From assembly GCA_044344255.1 (NCBI GenBank), contig JBIJDH010000005.1:96001-160000 (forward strand): 64,000 nucleotides of DNA, given 5' to 3'. How positions within the stretch are numbered: position 1 is the first letter of the stretch; every line of letters begins with the position of its first letter. Positions 19,186 to 27,612 of the stretch are shown piece after piece. Below the pieces are notes generated by a model. That model had not been told where the DNA came from. It saw only the letters and a program-made list of their open reading frames with translations, and did no database searches. The position numbers were made by a program, and so were the translations under genes. This DNA comes from Myxococcota bacterium. GTDB lineage: Bacteria > Myxococcota_A > UBA796 > UBA2385.

Positions 19186-20349
19186 ATGAGTGACGAAGCG
19201 CGTGAGGCCGACGAGGCGCCCTGGGAGGCGCTCCGGCTCGAACACTTCTCGGGGGAGCGGCTCAACCTCAACCCGGGCACGCTGGGCACCCCCTCCGCCG
19301 ACGTGCGGCGGGCGATGACCGCCTTTCGGGAGGAGGACGGAGAGGCCTATCCGCTCGGGCGATACACACGGGGACGCGCCGCGCTCCGACGGGCTCGGGC
19401 GCTCGCCGAGTCGCTGTGGGGGGAGGCCCCTGCGATCTGCGGGAGCGCCTCTCACACCATGAACCTCATCGCCTGGTCCCTCGCGCGCTCCTGCGGGGAG
19501 CCCGTGCCCGTCCTCGCCACGACCCATGAGCACCATGGGGCGGTCGCGGTCTTCGAGCGGGACGCGGCCTTCCTCCTCACCACGCTCCCTCCGGCGCAGC
19601 TCGCCTGGGAGGAGGCGCTGCGCCAGCACCTGCGCCGGTCGCCCCCGCGGGTGGCCCTCTTCTCCCAGCGCACCTGGACCGAGGGGAGGCGCCTTCCGGT
19701 GGAGGCGTGGTGCCGGGCGCTCTCGGAGGAGGCGCCGGGCTGCCTCCGCATCGTCGACGCCGCTCAGGTGGTCGGCCTCGGACCCCCCGCGCTCCAGGAC
19801 GCCGACGTCGTGGTGGCGAGCGCCCACAAGTGGCTCTTCGGGCCGGCGGGGCTGGGCTTCGCCTGGGTCTCCGATCGAGCCCGGGTCACCCTCGGCGAGC
19901 TCTGGCGCACCGGCGAGCCCCTCGACCCGGGCGCCCGCCTCGCCGGCTGGGAGGCCGCGGGTGGTCAGGACTTCGCCCTCTACGCCGGCCTCGAGGCGGC
20001 GCTCGCCCTCTATGCCCGCATCGGCCCCGCGCGGGTCCGGGCGCGCAGCCGGGCCCTCGCCGATTGGCTCGCCGCCGCACTCGGTCCGCTCCTCCCCGAC
20101 GCCCGGGTCGAGGCGGAGGACGGCGTGGTGCGCGCGTGCTTCGCGGGCGGCGATCCCTATCCGCTCTATGTCTCGCTCAACGTCATCGGGATCCACTGCA
20201 AGTGTATCAAGTCTGAGCTGGCGGACGGCGAGCGCCTGGCTGTCCTCCGCTTCGGACTCCCCTGGTACGAGACCCGCGCTCGCCTCGGTCGCCTCCTCGA
20301 GGCGGTCCAAGCGGCCGATCCGCGGGCCCGGGAGCCGGGCCGTGAGTGA
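19186..20349 (+). CDS. Class-V aminotransferase-fold PLP enzyme (C-S lyase/desulfinase/isopenicillin-N-epimerase-like)
   Basis: LNPGTLG, EHH, VDAAQ, SAHKWLFGP (PLP lysine); no canonical SSGSAC or RxGxHC persulfide loop. Confidence 0.85.
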   Translation: MSDEAREADEAPWEALRLEHFSGERLNLNPGTLGTPSADVRRAMTAFREEDGEAYPLGRYTRGRAALRRARALAESLWGEAPAICGSASHTMNLIAWSLARSCGEPVPVLATTHEHHGAVAVFERDAAFLLTTLPPAQLAWEEALRQHLRRSPPRVALFSQRTWTEGRRLPVEAWCRALSEEAPGCLRIVDAAQVVGLGPPALQDADVVVASAHKWLFGPAGLGFAWVSDRARVTLGELWRTGEPLDPGARLAGWEAAGGQDFALYAGLEAALALYARIGPARVRARSRALADWLAAALGPLLPDARVEAEDGVVRACFAGGDPYPLYVSLNVIGIHCKCIKSELADGERLAVLRFGLPWYETRARLGRLLEAVQAADPRAREPGRE

Positions 20350-21976
20350 CACCCCCACCGAGAGACAGGGCGCCCTCGTCCAGTTCGCGCTGATCGCAGG
20401 CCTCGTCGCGCTCAAGGTGCAGGTCAACGCGGGGATGACCAGCTTCGGCACCGACGGGAGCCTGTACCTGGAGGTGGCGAGGAACGTCCGAGACGGCCGC
20501 GGGCTCGTGAGCTTCATCTCGCTCATGAACGCAGGGGTGGAGTCATTTCCCTATCCGACGCCGCTCTATCCGATCTGGCCGCTGCTCCTCGGCGTCGTGG
20601 GCCGAGTGGTCCCCATCGAGGTGGCCGCGATCTGGCTTCCGACCCTCTTCTACTTCGGGGCGGTGGTCCAGGCCGCGCGCCTCGCCCGCACCTTGTGGCC
20701 AGGGCCCCTCTTCCCGGACGGCTGGCGGCCCCTCGACGCCGGCCACGTCGCGATCCTGCTGCTCGGCTACAACAGCCTGTTCTTCGAGTACACCTCGGTG
20801 CCCTACACGGAGGGCCTGGCCTGGTGTGGGCTGTTCTTCCTCCTGTTACGCGCGCGGGCCTTCTTTGGCCAGCCCTCCGCGTTGCGGGCGGCGGAGGTGG
20901 GCCTTTATACGGGTCTGTTGATCCTGGTGCGCTCCCAGATGTTCCTCGCCTCCCTGGCGCTCGGGGGCACCTTCGCCTGGGCGCTGCTCACCACCCGAGA
21001 GCGGGGGCGCTGGGCGGGCTACGCGGCGGCTGCAGCGGCCGGCTGGGGGCTGGCGCTCGCCCCGCAGCTCCTCTATCTCTCCACCTTCTATCACCCGCTC
21101 GGCCTCAACGCCTTGCTTCGTTTTGACGACTTCAGAGCCTCAAACCTTCTTACCCCGCTCCAGACCCTTCGGCCGGCCGGGGGCGCCTTCGCCTGGCTCC
21201 TCGATCGCGCGGAGGGCTTCGACGTCGCCTACACCGTCGGGGGTCGCTATGCCTACGTCCAGAACTTCGGGGTCCTGCACTGGGCGCCGCCCCTCGCGGT
21301 CCTGTTCGGGCTCCGCCGGTGGCGCGACCCGACCCGGGCTGCCTGGGCGCGCCTGCGAGAGCCCTCCGCCGCCTTCACGACCTACCTCGTGCTGCTGGCG
21401 CTCGGCGGCTTCGCCTCGATCCACACCCTCCACAAGGACTTCGGCGCTGAGTGGAATTTCGCCACCCGGCACGCACTGACCGTCCTCTTCCTCTTCGGAT
21501 GGGGCGTGGTCTCCCTGGCCGCGCGCGGGGGGGCTGGCCGCACGGCGGCGGTGGCCATCCTCAGCATTACCGGCTGGCTGCAGGCGATGGACTTGAAGGC
21601 CCTCTACAAGGACACCGAGGCCAGCGCGAGCTCGGGGATCCAGCGCCGCGCCGGCCTCGTCTGGTGGATCCAGCAGGCGCGGCGGGCCGATCCCGCCTTG
21701 CTCATCGTCACCGACGAGCCCCAGCGCCTGGCCGTGCTGGTCCCCGACCTCCCGGTCCACTCGGTCTGGCTCCGCAGCAGCTACGATGACCTCTGGACCC
21801 TGTTCGACTACTTCGGCGCCGACTACCTCATCATCAATGACCGCATCGAGAAGTACGACTTCGCCAACGACCCCCGGTGGACGGAGGGCTTCGAGCTCGT
21901 GGCTCCCGACATCAGCGGCGAGGCGGTTTATCGGCGGCGTGACCTCGCCTCCTCCGAGACCGAGCCCGTCCCCTGA
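20342..21976 (+). CDS. Polytopic GT-C-like (PMT/ArnT-like) membrane glycosyltransferase
   Basis: GTG 20342 overlapping the upstream stop; first loop TDGSLYLEVARN, YPIWPLLL, PYTEGL, many TM helices, C-terminal soluble domain with ADYLII. Confidence 0.7.
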   Translation: MSDTPTERQGALVQFALIAGLVALKVQVNAGMTSFGTDGSLYLEVARNVRDGRGLVSFISLMNAGVESFPYPTPLYPIWPLLLGVVGRVVPIEVAAIWLPTLFYFGAVVQAARLARTLWPGPLFPDGWRPLDAGHVAILLLGYNSLFFEYTSVPYTEGLAWCGLFFLLLRARAFFGQPSALRAAEVGLYTGLLILVRSQMFLASLALGGTFAWALLTTRERGRWAGYAAAAAAGWGLALAPQLLYLSTFYHPLGLNALLRFDDFRASNLLTPLQTLRPAGGAFAWLLDRAEGFDVAYTVGGRYAYVQNFGVLHWAPPLAVLFGLRRWRDPTRAAWARLREPSAAFTTYLVLLALGGFASIHTLHKDFGAEWNFATRHALTVLFLFGWGVVSLAARGGAGRTAAVAILSITGWLQAMDLKALYKDTEASASSGIQRRAGLVWWIQQARRADPALLIVTDEPQRLAVLVPDLPVHSVWLRSSYDDLWTLFDYFGADYLIINDRIEKYDFANDPRWTEGFELVAPDISGEAVYRRRDLASSETEPVP

Positions 21977-22010
21977 TGGATCCCCTCACCCACATCGGTT
22001 ACACGATCAG

Positions 22011-22790
22011 ATGACCTTCTCGGCCCTCCTCCTGTCGTCGAAGGTGTTGGCCAGCCCGGCCGCGGTGGGCGCCGCCTTGAAGGTCCAGGCTGCCTCGTCC
22101 AGTCACCCCGTCCCCACGCTCAGCGTCGGCGACCTACAACGCCTCGACGCCGGCGAGGTAGTCCGGCTGCGGACCCCCAGCGCGGAGGGCACAGCGATCG
22201 GCGCCCTGGGCCTGGTGATCACCGACCTGTCTCCCAAGGACCTGTGGATGGGCACCCTCGACCCGCACGGCCGCCTGCCCAGCGACATTCGGATGCACGC
22301 CCTCCCGGGTGTCGCGGACGAGCTGTACCGCTGGTACGGCTTCGTCGACCTGCCCGCGCCCCTAAAAGACCGCCACTTCCTGGTGCGCACCACCATCGAC
22401 ACACCCATGGCGGCCCGGAGCCAAGGTTCGATCTGGGAGCGGAGCTGGGGACTGGAAGTAGGCTGGCCGCAGGCGATGCGTCCCCTGATAGACCGCGGTC
22501 AGATCGCCGACATGGATGTCGAACACTTCGATGACGCGATCCCGACGCCGGTGAACCAAGGCACCTGGACGGTGCTGGATCTCCGGGACGGCCGCAGCCT
22601 ACTCGCTTACCAGGTCGCAACGGCGCTCGGGGGGGACCTCCCGGATGGTCCCCTCAACCGCTACCTCTATTGGACCCTCAACGACGTCCTGACCGGCGTG
22701 GTCAACACCGCTCGCACCATGTCACAACATTATGTGACCGGTCACGACCCGCTCATCGGCGGTGACGGAAAGGCCATCGCGACCTATTGA
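22011..22790 (+). CDS. START/SRPBCC-like lipid-binding domain protein
   Basis: YGFVDLPAPLKDRHF, NQGTWTV, YQVATALGGDLP resemble bacterial START-domain motifs. Confidence 0.6.
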   Translation: MTFSALLLSSKVLASPAAVGAALKVQAASSSHPVPTLSVGDLQRLDAGEVVRLRTPSAEGTAIGALGLVITDLSPKDLWMGTLDPHGRLPSDIRMHALPGVADELYRWYGFVDLPAPLKDRHFLVRTTIDTPMAARSQGSIWERSWGLEVGWPQAMRPLIDRGQIADMDVEHFDDAIPTPVNQGTWTVLDLRDGRSLLAYQVATALGGDLPDGPLNRYLYWTLNDVLTGVVNTARTMSQHYVTGHDPLIGGDGKAIATY

Positions 22791-22886
22791 GGGCACGGGA
22801 TGGGTGAGTGACGGTGCGCCAAGGCCCGGGCGCCCCACGGACTATGGTTGCCACGACCTCGCCTCCTCGGAGGCCGGAGCCGCCCC

Positions 22887-23432
22887 ATGATCGATCCCCT
22901 GCTCCGCGCCCTGGCCCCCCTGGCCCCTGCGGTCCACGACATGCAGGGTGTCGCCGCGTTGGTCCGGGCCATCTCACCGCTCGTGGGCACCCTCCGGGTG
23001 CGCGACGGCGACCTCCCCTGGGGCCGCTACCTCCTCCACCTCGCTCCGGACGCCTCCTGGAACCTCCAGCTTGACGTCTTCTCCGAGGGCTACGAGGGCG
23101 GAGTCCACGCGCACGGGACCTGGGGCGCCTTCTGGGTGCTCCGCGGGGCGCTGTGGACCGAGCAGCTCACGATGGGGCCCAACGGGGCCCGCCTGTCGGG
23201 GGCCGGCTTCGTGACCCCCGGCGGCTGTGGCGCCTTCTGCCCCCCGGAGAGCGACTGGCACCGGGTGGGTAGCCCCGCGCAGGGCGAGCAGACCGTGAGC
23301 CTGCACCTCTACGGCCGCGGCTTCGATCTCGACGTGGGCGAGGGGATCGGACCGGATGGCCTTCCCCGTCGTTATGCGCGCAGCCCCTGGGGCGCGCCGA
23401 GCCGGGTCCTGGGCGCGGTGGTGGCTCGGTGA
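22887..23432 (+). CDS. Cysteine dioxygenase-family (thiol dioxygenase) cupin
   Basis: WGRYLLH, VHAHGTWG (HxH), DWHRV (third His), VSLHLYG (Ser-His-Tyr motif). Confidence 0.8.
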   Translation: MIDPLLRALAPLAPAVHDMQGVAALVRAISPLVGTLRVRDGDLPWGRYLLHLAPDASWNLQLDVFSEGYEGGVHAHGTWGAFWVLRGALWTEQLTMGPNGARLSGAGFVTPGGCGAFCPPESDWHRVGSPAQGEQTVSLHLYGRGFDLDVGEGIGPDGLPRRYARSPWGAPSRVLGAVVAR

Positions 23433-24475
23433 GCGCCCCCGGGCCGACGGCGGGGTGGGTGATCTCCGCTGCAGCCGTCGCCGCCCTCCCGGCGATGCTC
23501 TGGCTTCGCAGGGGGCGCTACGGCCGACGGGAGCTTCGTTTCGCCCTCGCCGCCCTCACCCTCGCCGCCCTCGCGCCGCTGCCCGGCCTCGGCCCCTGGA
23601 TGGTGGCCCTGCCCGAGCGCCTCTGCGGCGCCACGCCGGCCCAAGCGGCCCTCGCCGCCCTGGCGTTGGCGCTGGCGTCCTGGGCCCGCCGCGCGGAGCG
23701 CAGGGCCCGGTCGGCCGAAGAGGGCCTCTTCGCGCTCGGCCGGGCCCTCGCCGTCGACGCTGCCCTCGCCATCCCGAGGGAGGGCCTCGCTCCCGAGATC
23801 GTCGTGATCATGCCGGCGCTCGACGAGGCGGAGAGCCTGCCGGGGGTGCTGTCGGGCGCGCCGTCGGAGGTCCTCGGCCGCAGCCTCCGTGTCCTCGTGG
23901 TCGACGACGGCTCGGCCGACGATACGGCGGCCGTCGCGGCACGCCACGGCGCGATCAGCGTGCGCAGCGCAGTCAACGGGGGGGGCGGGCACGCGCTGCT
24001 GATCGGCTTCGCCGCCGCACGACGGCTGGGCGCCCGGTGGGCTGTGACGATGGACGCCGATGGTCAGCACCGCTTCGAGGACCTCCCCGCCCTCCTCGCC
24101 CCCCTGCTGGCTGGGGAGGCCGACGTCGTGGTGGGCAGCCGGCGGCTCGGGGCCTCGATCGGCCACGAGGCGCTGCGAGCGGTGGGGCTCCGCGTCTTCA
24201 ACCTCGCACTCAGCCTGATCACGGCGCGGCGGGTGACCGACTGCTCGAGCGGCCTCCGGGCCTTCGACCTGCACGCCACGCGGGGCCTCCGCCTCCGCCA
24301 GCGCCGCCACCACACCGCTGAGCTGCTCATCGAGGCCAGCCGGAGGGGCATGCGCATCGTCGAGGTGCCGATCACCATCCTGCCCCGCGCCCACGGCGAG
24401 ACGAAGAAGGGCCCGAACTGGCTCTACGGAGCGCGCTTCGCGGGGACCGTCACCAGCACGCTCTGGGAGGCCTGA
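23429..24475 (+). CDS. DPM1-like GT2 polyprenyl-phosphate glycosyltransferase with N-terminal DUF2304-like membrane domain
   Basis: IMPALDE, VVDDGSADDT, MDADGQH, TDCSSGLRAF, EVPITI; N-terminal TM helices; GTGA overlap with the CDO gene. Confidence 0.85.
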   Translation: MSAPGPTAGWVISAAAVAALPAMLWLRRGRYGRRELRFALAALTLAALAPLPGLGPWMVALPERLCGATPAQAALAALALALASWARRAERRARSAEEGLFALGRALAVDAALAIPREGLAPEIVVIMPALDEAESLPGVLSGAPSEVLGRSLRVLVVDDGSADDTAAVAARHGAISVRSAVNGGGGHALLIGFAAARRLGARWAVTMDADGQHRFEDLPALLAPLLAGEADVVVGSRRLGASIGHEALRAVGLRVFNLALSLITARRVTDCSSGLRAFDLHATRGLRLRQRRHHTAELLIEASRRGMRIVEVPITILPRAHGETKKGPNWLYGARFAGTVTSTLWEA

Positions 24476-24544
24476 GCCCGGTCGCGCCCCGCCGCCGCCT
24501 CGGCCCCGCCCTCCGAGGCCCAGCGCGGCTCAGAACACAGCGGC

Positions 24545-25477
24545 TCAGAAAACATAGGCCACTGAGGCGTCAAAGCGGTAGAGCAGGGGGATGCGGTCGT
24601 AGGTCGCGATCTCGTCCGGCAGGTAGGCGAAGGTGCCGCCGACGAGGCCGTGGAGATGCTCGGTGGGCAGCAGGTTCGCGCCGAGGGAGAGGTCGGGGAG
24701 CACGCCCTGGAGGCGCCAGGTAGACACATCGACCTGGACGAAGAAGTCGTTGGAGATCGTCTCGGCGCCGAGCTTGACGTAGGGCTGAACGACCTCGGAG
24801 GCCTTCCAGGTGCCGACGAGGCGCAGGCCCCCCTCCCGCAGCGAGAGGACGTCGACGCAGCCGTATTCCTGGGGCGCGCAGACGGCGTCGTACCGCGCCG
24901 CGTCGGTGTTCGCTTCGAGCTCGCCCGACTCCTTCTGGTCTGTGGAGGCGGCCACCGGGGCGCCCGCACGGCCCACGGTGACGTCCAGCTCTGCGCCCAC
25001 CCGCCACCGCTCTCCGAGGTCGAGCCCGGTTGAGCCCGAGAGCCCCGCGACCAGCGCCGAGGCCCCCTGGACCGGCACCGGTGGGGTGAGGGACATGCCG
25101 ATCCCCCAGCCCACCCGCCCCCGCCGCTCCGTCCAGGCCACCATCAGCCGCGGCATCACCGGGCTGAACTGAGTGTTCTCCTCCTTCCCGACGAGGTTCT
25201 TCTGCGGCTTGCTGAAGGGGAAGGTGTCGAGCCCGCCCCCGAGCTGAAGGCCGGTGGGCCCATACATCGCCGCCGAGCCCTGGGTGGACTGGTGCCGCAG
25301 CGTAAAGGACTGCTCGGCGATGCCGTTACCGAGGAAGGCGAAGAACTCCTGTGCGCCCTCCGTGCGCTGGTTCAGCTTCACGACCCAGCCCGGGTCTTGC
25401 ACGCCGGGGTCAACCATCTCGATGTGGACCTGGGCCTGCGCGGGAGGGGAGGTCAGGAAGAACAGCGTCACCAGCAT
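24545..25477 (-). CDS. Exported hypothetical protein, probable outer-membrane beta-barrel
   Basis: Signal peptide ending AQA; C-terminal ASVAYVF (terminal Phe beta-signal). Confidence 0.6.
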   Translation of the reverse strand: MLVTLFFLTSPPAQAQVHIEMVDPGVQDPGWVVKLNQRTEGAQEFFAFLGNGIAEQSFTLRHQSTQGSAAMYGPTGLQLGGGLDTFPFSKPQKNLVGKEENTQFSPVMPRLMVAWTERRGRVGWGIGMSLTPPVPVQGASALVAGLSGSTGLDLGERWRVGAELDVTVGRAGAPVAASTDQKESGELEANTDAARYDAVCAPQEYGCVDVLSLREGGLRLVGTWKASEVVQPYVKLGAETISNDFFVQVDVSTWRLQGVLPDLSLGANLLPTEHLHGLVGGTFAYLPDEIATYDRIPLLYRFDASVAYVF

Positions 25478-25653
25478 TCAATCCCCTCGATGTCCAGCGC
25501 CGCGCCGACTCCGCGCCGGCCAGCCAAACAGGCGGGCTTGGACAGCCTGCTCGCGGACGCGTGATCCCCAACGGTATGCTGCTCCAGTCGGATGGTTACA
25601 GCCCCGAGCGCATGGGCAGCGGCGCGCTCGGGTGTCCGCCGGGGTGCTCCGCC

Positions 25654-26442
25654 TCAGCCGAGGACCGCGAGCACCCCGTGGTGGTCGCTCGCCTCGCTCA
25701 TGTCCACCACCTCGGCCTGAGCGGGCCACCGCGCGAGGGCTGGCGAGGCGAGGATGTAGTCGGTCCGCCAGTCGATGTGGACGCCGCCGCGGTCGCGGGG
25801 GGCGGTCACCCAGGGGCTACCGGCGGGGCGGTGGGCGAGGAGGTCTATCCAACCGTCGGCGAGGAGGGCCTTCATCACGTCGAAACGAGGCGGGTGCCCG
25901 TACTTGTCGACTCCGGCCCGGAGGACCCGCTGGGCGAGGTCGTCGGGATAGGGATCGTGTGGGCTGATGGCGTTGAGATCGCCGGCCAGCACGATCTCTC
26001 CGCGGAGGTCGCCGAGGTGTCGGCGCAGCGCTTCGACCTCGCGGAGGCGGGCCTCCTCGTTGTGGCTGTCGAAGTGGGTCACGAGCATTCGCAGCGGCGC
26101 CCCGGGGCGCGCCACCCGAGCCTCGAGGAGGGCGTGCCCCTGCCATGCCGGGTCGGCCAGCACCGCCACCTGGGAGAGGGGCCAGCGCGACAGGAGTCCG
26201 ACATGGTAGCGGGCGCCGCTGCCCCTCGGGCGGGCCGCCCCGAGGGCGCTGTGGGGCAAGCCCAAGGCGGCGCCGAGCTCGGCGAGGTCAGCCGGAGACC
26301 AACCCAGGCACTCCTGGAGGGCGAGCAGGTCGGGTCGACAGGCCTGGATGCGGAGGCGGAGCAGAGGCAGGCGGCCCTCCCCACCCTGAAGGATGTTCTG
26401 GCTGAGGACGCGGAGGGGAGGCGGGCGGAGGGGGCGTGGCAC
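25654..26442 (-). CDS. Endonuclease/exonuclease/phosphatase family protein
   Basis: SQNI, LQE, LAGDLN, RTDYI, SDH motifs. Confidence 0.9.
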   Translation of the reverse strand: MPRPLRPPPLRVLSQNILQGGEGRLPLLRLRIQACRPDLLALQECLGWSPADLAELGAALGLPHSALGAARPRGSGARYHVGLLSRWPLSQVAVLADPAWQGHALLEARVARPGAPLRMLVTHFDSHNEEARLREVEALRRHLGDLRGEIVLAGDLNAISPHDPYPDDLAQRVLRAGVDKYGHPPRFDVMKALLADGWIDLLAHRPAGSPWVTAPRDRGGVHIDWRTDYILASPALARWPAQAEVVDMSEASDHHGVLAVLG

Positions 26443-26551
26443 GGGGCGGCCTCAGCGGCGGAGTCGACCTCGGCTCTATCTTCGCGACGCCACGGCGCCT
26501 GTCCGCTGCATCCCCGTCGCGAGGGGGTAGGATGGGGGTGCAGGAGCCGCC

Positions 26552-27553
26552 GTGTCGCGTCCACCCAGGGTCCCTCCGATCTCCGCCGCCGTCGTCCTCG
26601 CGCTCCTCGGCGCGTGCAGCGAGTACGAGATCAACAAGGCCGCGGAGGTCGAGCCCCCGGTCGAGACGGCGCAGCCCGAGGACACCGCCCCCGACAGCCC
26701 GCCGCCTGACCCCGTCGTGGTCGAGGATGTCTGGGTGCTCGAGCCGAGCGATGGGGTCGACATCATCATCTTCGGCGACACCAGCGGCTCGATGGCGGAA
26801 GAGCTCGTGACCATGGGCGACAAGGTCACCGAATTCGTGGATGGGCTCAACGCCTACACCACGGAGTGGCGGCTGATGGCGATCACTGGCCCGACGGGCT
26901 GCGCGGTCGACACCATCTTCGACAACACCACGGCAGACTATGCGGCGCGGTTCGCGGTCGCGATCCAGACGCTCCCCGGCGTCGACCAGGAGGACGAGTG
27001 GGGCCTCTACAACGTGGCCACCGCCCTCGACAACACCGACGCTGGCGAGTGTAACGAGGGCTTCCTGCGCGAGGCGGCGCCGCTCCACGCCATCTTCCTC
27101 TCCGACGAGGACGACAACTCCCCCGGCTGGGATGACACCACGATCCCCGAGTACTGGCGCACCTACCTCGACCAGATCGTCGCGCACAAGAGCGATCCGA
27201 GCCTCGTCCGCCTCTCGGCCATCACCGGCCCCGTGCCGTCGGGCTGCGCCGGGGCGGAGGCCGGCTGGGGCTACACCGAGGCCGTGGGGGAGGTGGACGG
27301 TCAGCTCCTCTCCATCTGCGCGGCCTGGTACGATCAGATCGACATGCTGGTCGATATGAGCGTCCAGCGCAGCACCTACGCCCTCTCCCAGGTGCCTGAC
27401 CCTGACTCTCTCCTGGTGACCGTCAACAGCAACACCCGCAGCTCCGGTTGGGCCTACGACGAGGCCGCGAACGCCGTGGTCTTCAGCACCGACATCCCGA
27501 GCACCGGCGATCAGGTCGGGGTGCGCTACGTGGTGGCCACCGACGGGGGCTGA
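26552..27553 (+). CDS. VWA-domain lipoprotein
   Basis: LLGAC lipobox; MIDAS motif DTSGS; FLSDEDD. Confidence 0.8.
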   Translation: MSRPPRVPPISAAVVLALLGACSEYEINKAAEVEPPVETAQPEDTAPDSPPPDPVVVEDVWVLEPSDGVDIIIFGDTSGSMAEELVTMGDKVTEFVDGLNAYTTEWRLMAITGPTGCAVDTIFDNTTADYAARFAVAIQTLPGVDQEDEWGLYNVATALDNTDAGECNEGFLREAAPLHAIFLSDEDDNSPGWDDTTIPEYWRTYLDQIVAHKSDPSLVRLSAITGPVPSGCAGAEAGWGYTEAVGEVDGQLLSICAAWYDQIDMLVDMSVQRSTYALSQVPDPDSLLVTVNSNTRSSGWAYDEAANAVVFSTDIPSTGDQVGVRYVVATDGG

Positions 27554-27612
27554 GGGGGGCTGAGGGGAGCTGAGGCGGCCCGAGCCCGGCGCCCGCCCGG
27601 CGTACGGTTGGG

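Noticed and set aside
19526..20341. N-terminal extension of the 816-aa ORF
   Set aside because: It is a low-complexity overlap with the PLP gene; the membrane protein plausibly starts at GTG 20342.
19186..20349. Fe-S cluster cysteine desulfurase (IscS/SufS) or ergothioneine EgtE
   Set aside because: It lacks the canonical persulfide-Cys motif, and no suf/isc or egtBCD genes are adjacent.
1632..20526. Very long minus-strand ORFs (1023, 628, 665, 998 and 1023 aa)
   Set aside because: They are antisense shadows of high-GC3 genes, are V/A/G/R-rich and show no motifs. The same applies to 31791-33962, 36241-38772 and 58097-60973.
17995..24475. Standard SQDG sulfolipid operon
   Set aside because: There is no SqdX (GT4) or SqdC/SqdD in the window; the linked transferases are a DPM1-like GT2 and a GT-C. 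SQDG genes elsewhere in the genome cannot be excluded.
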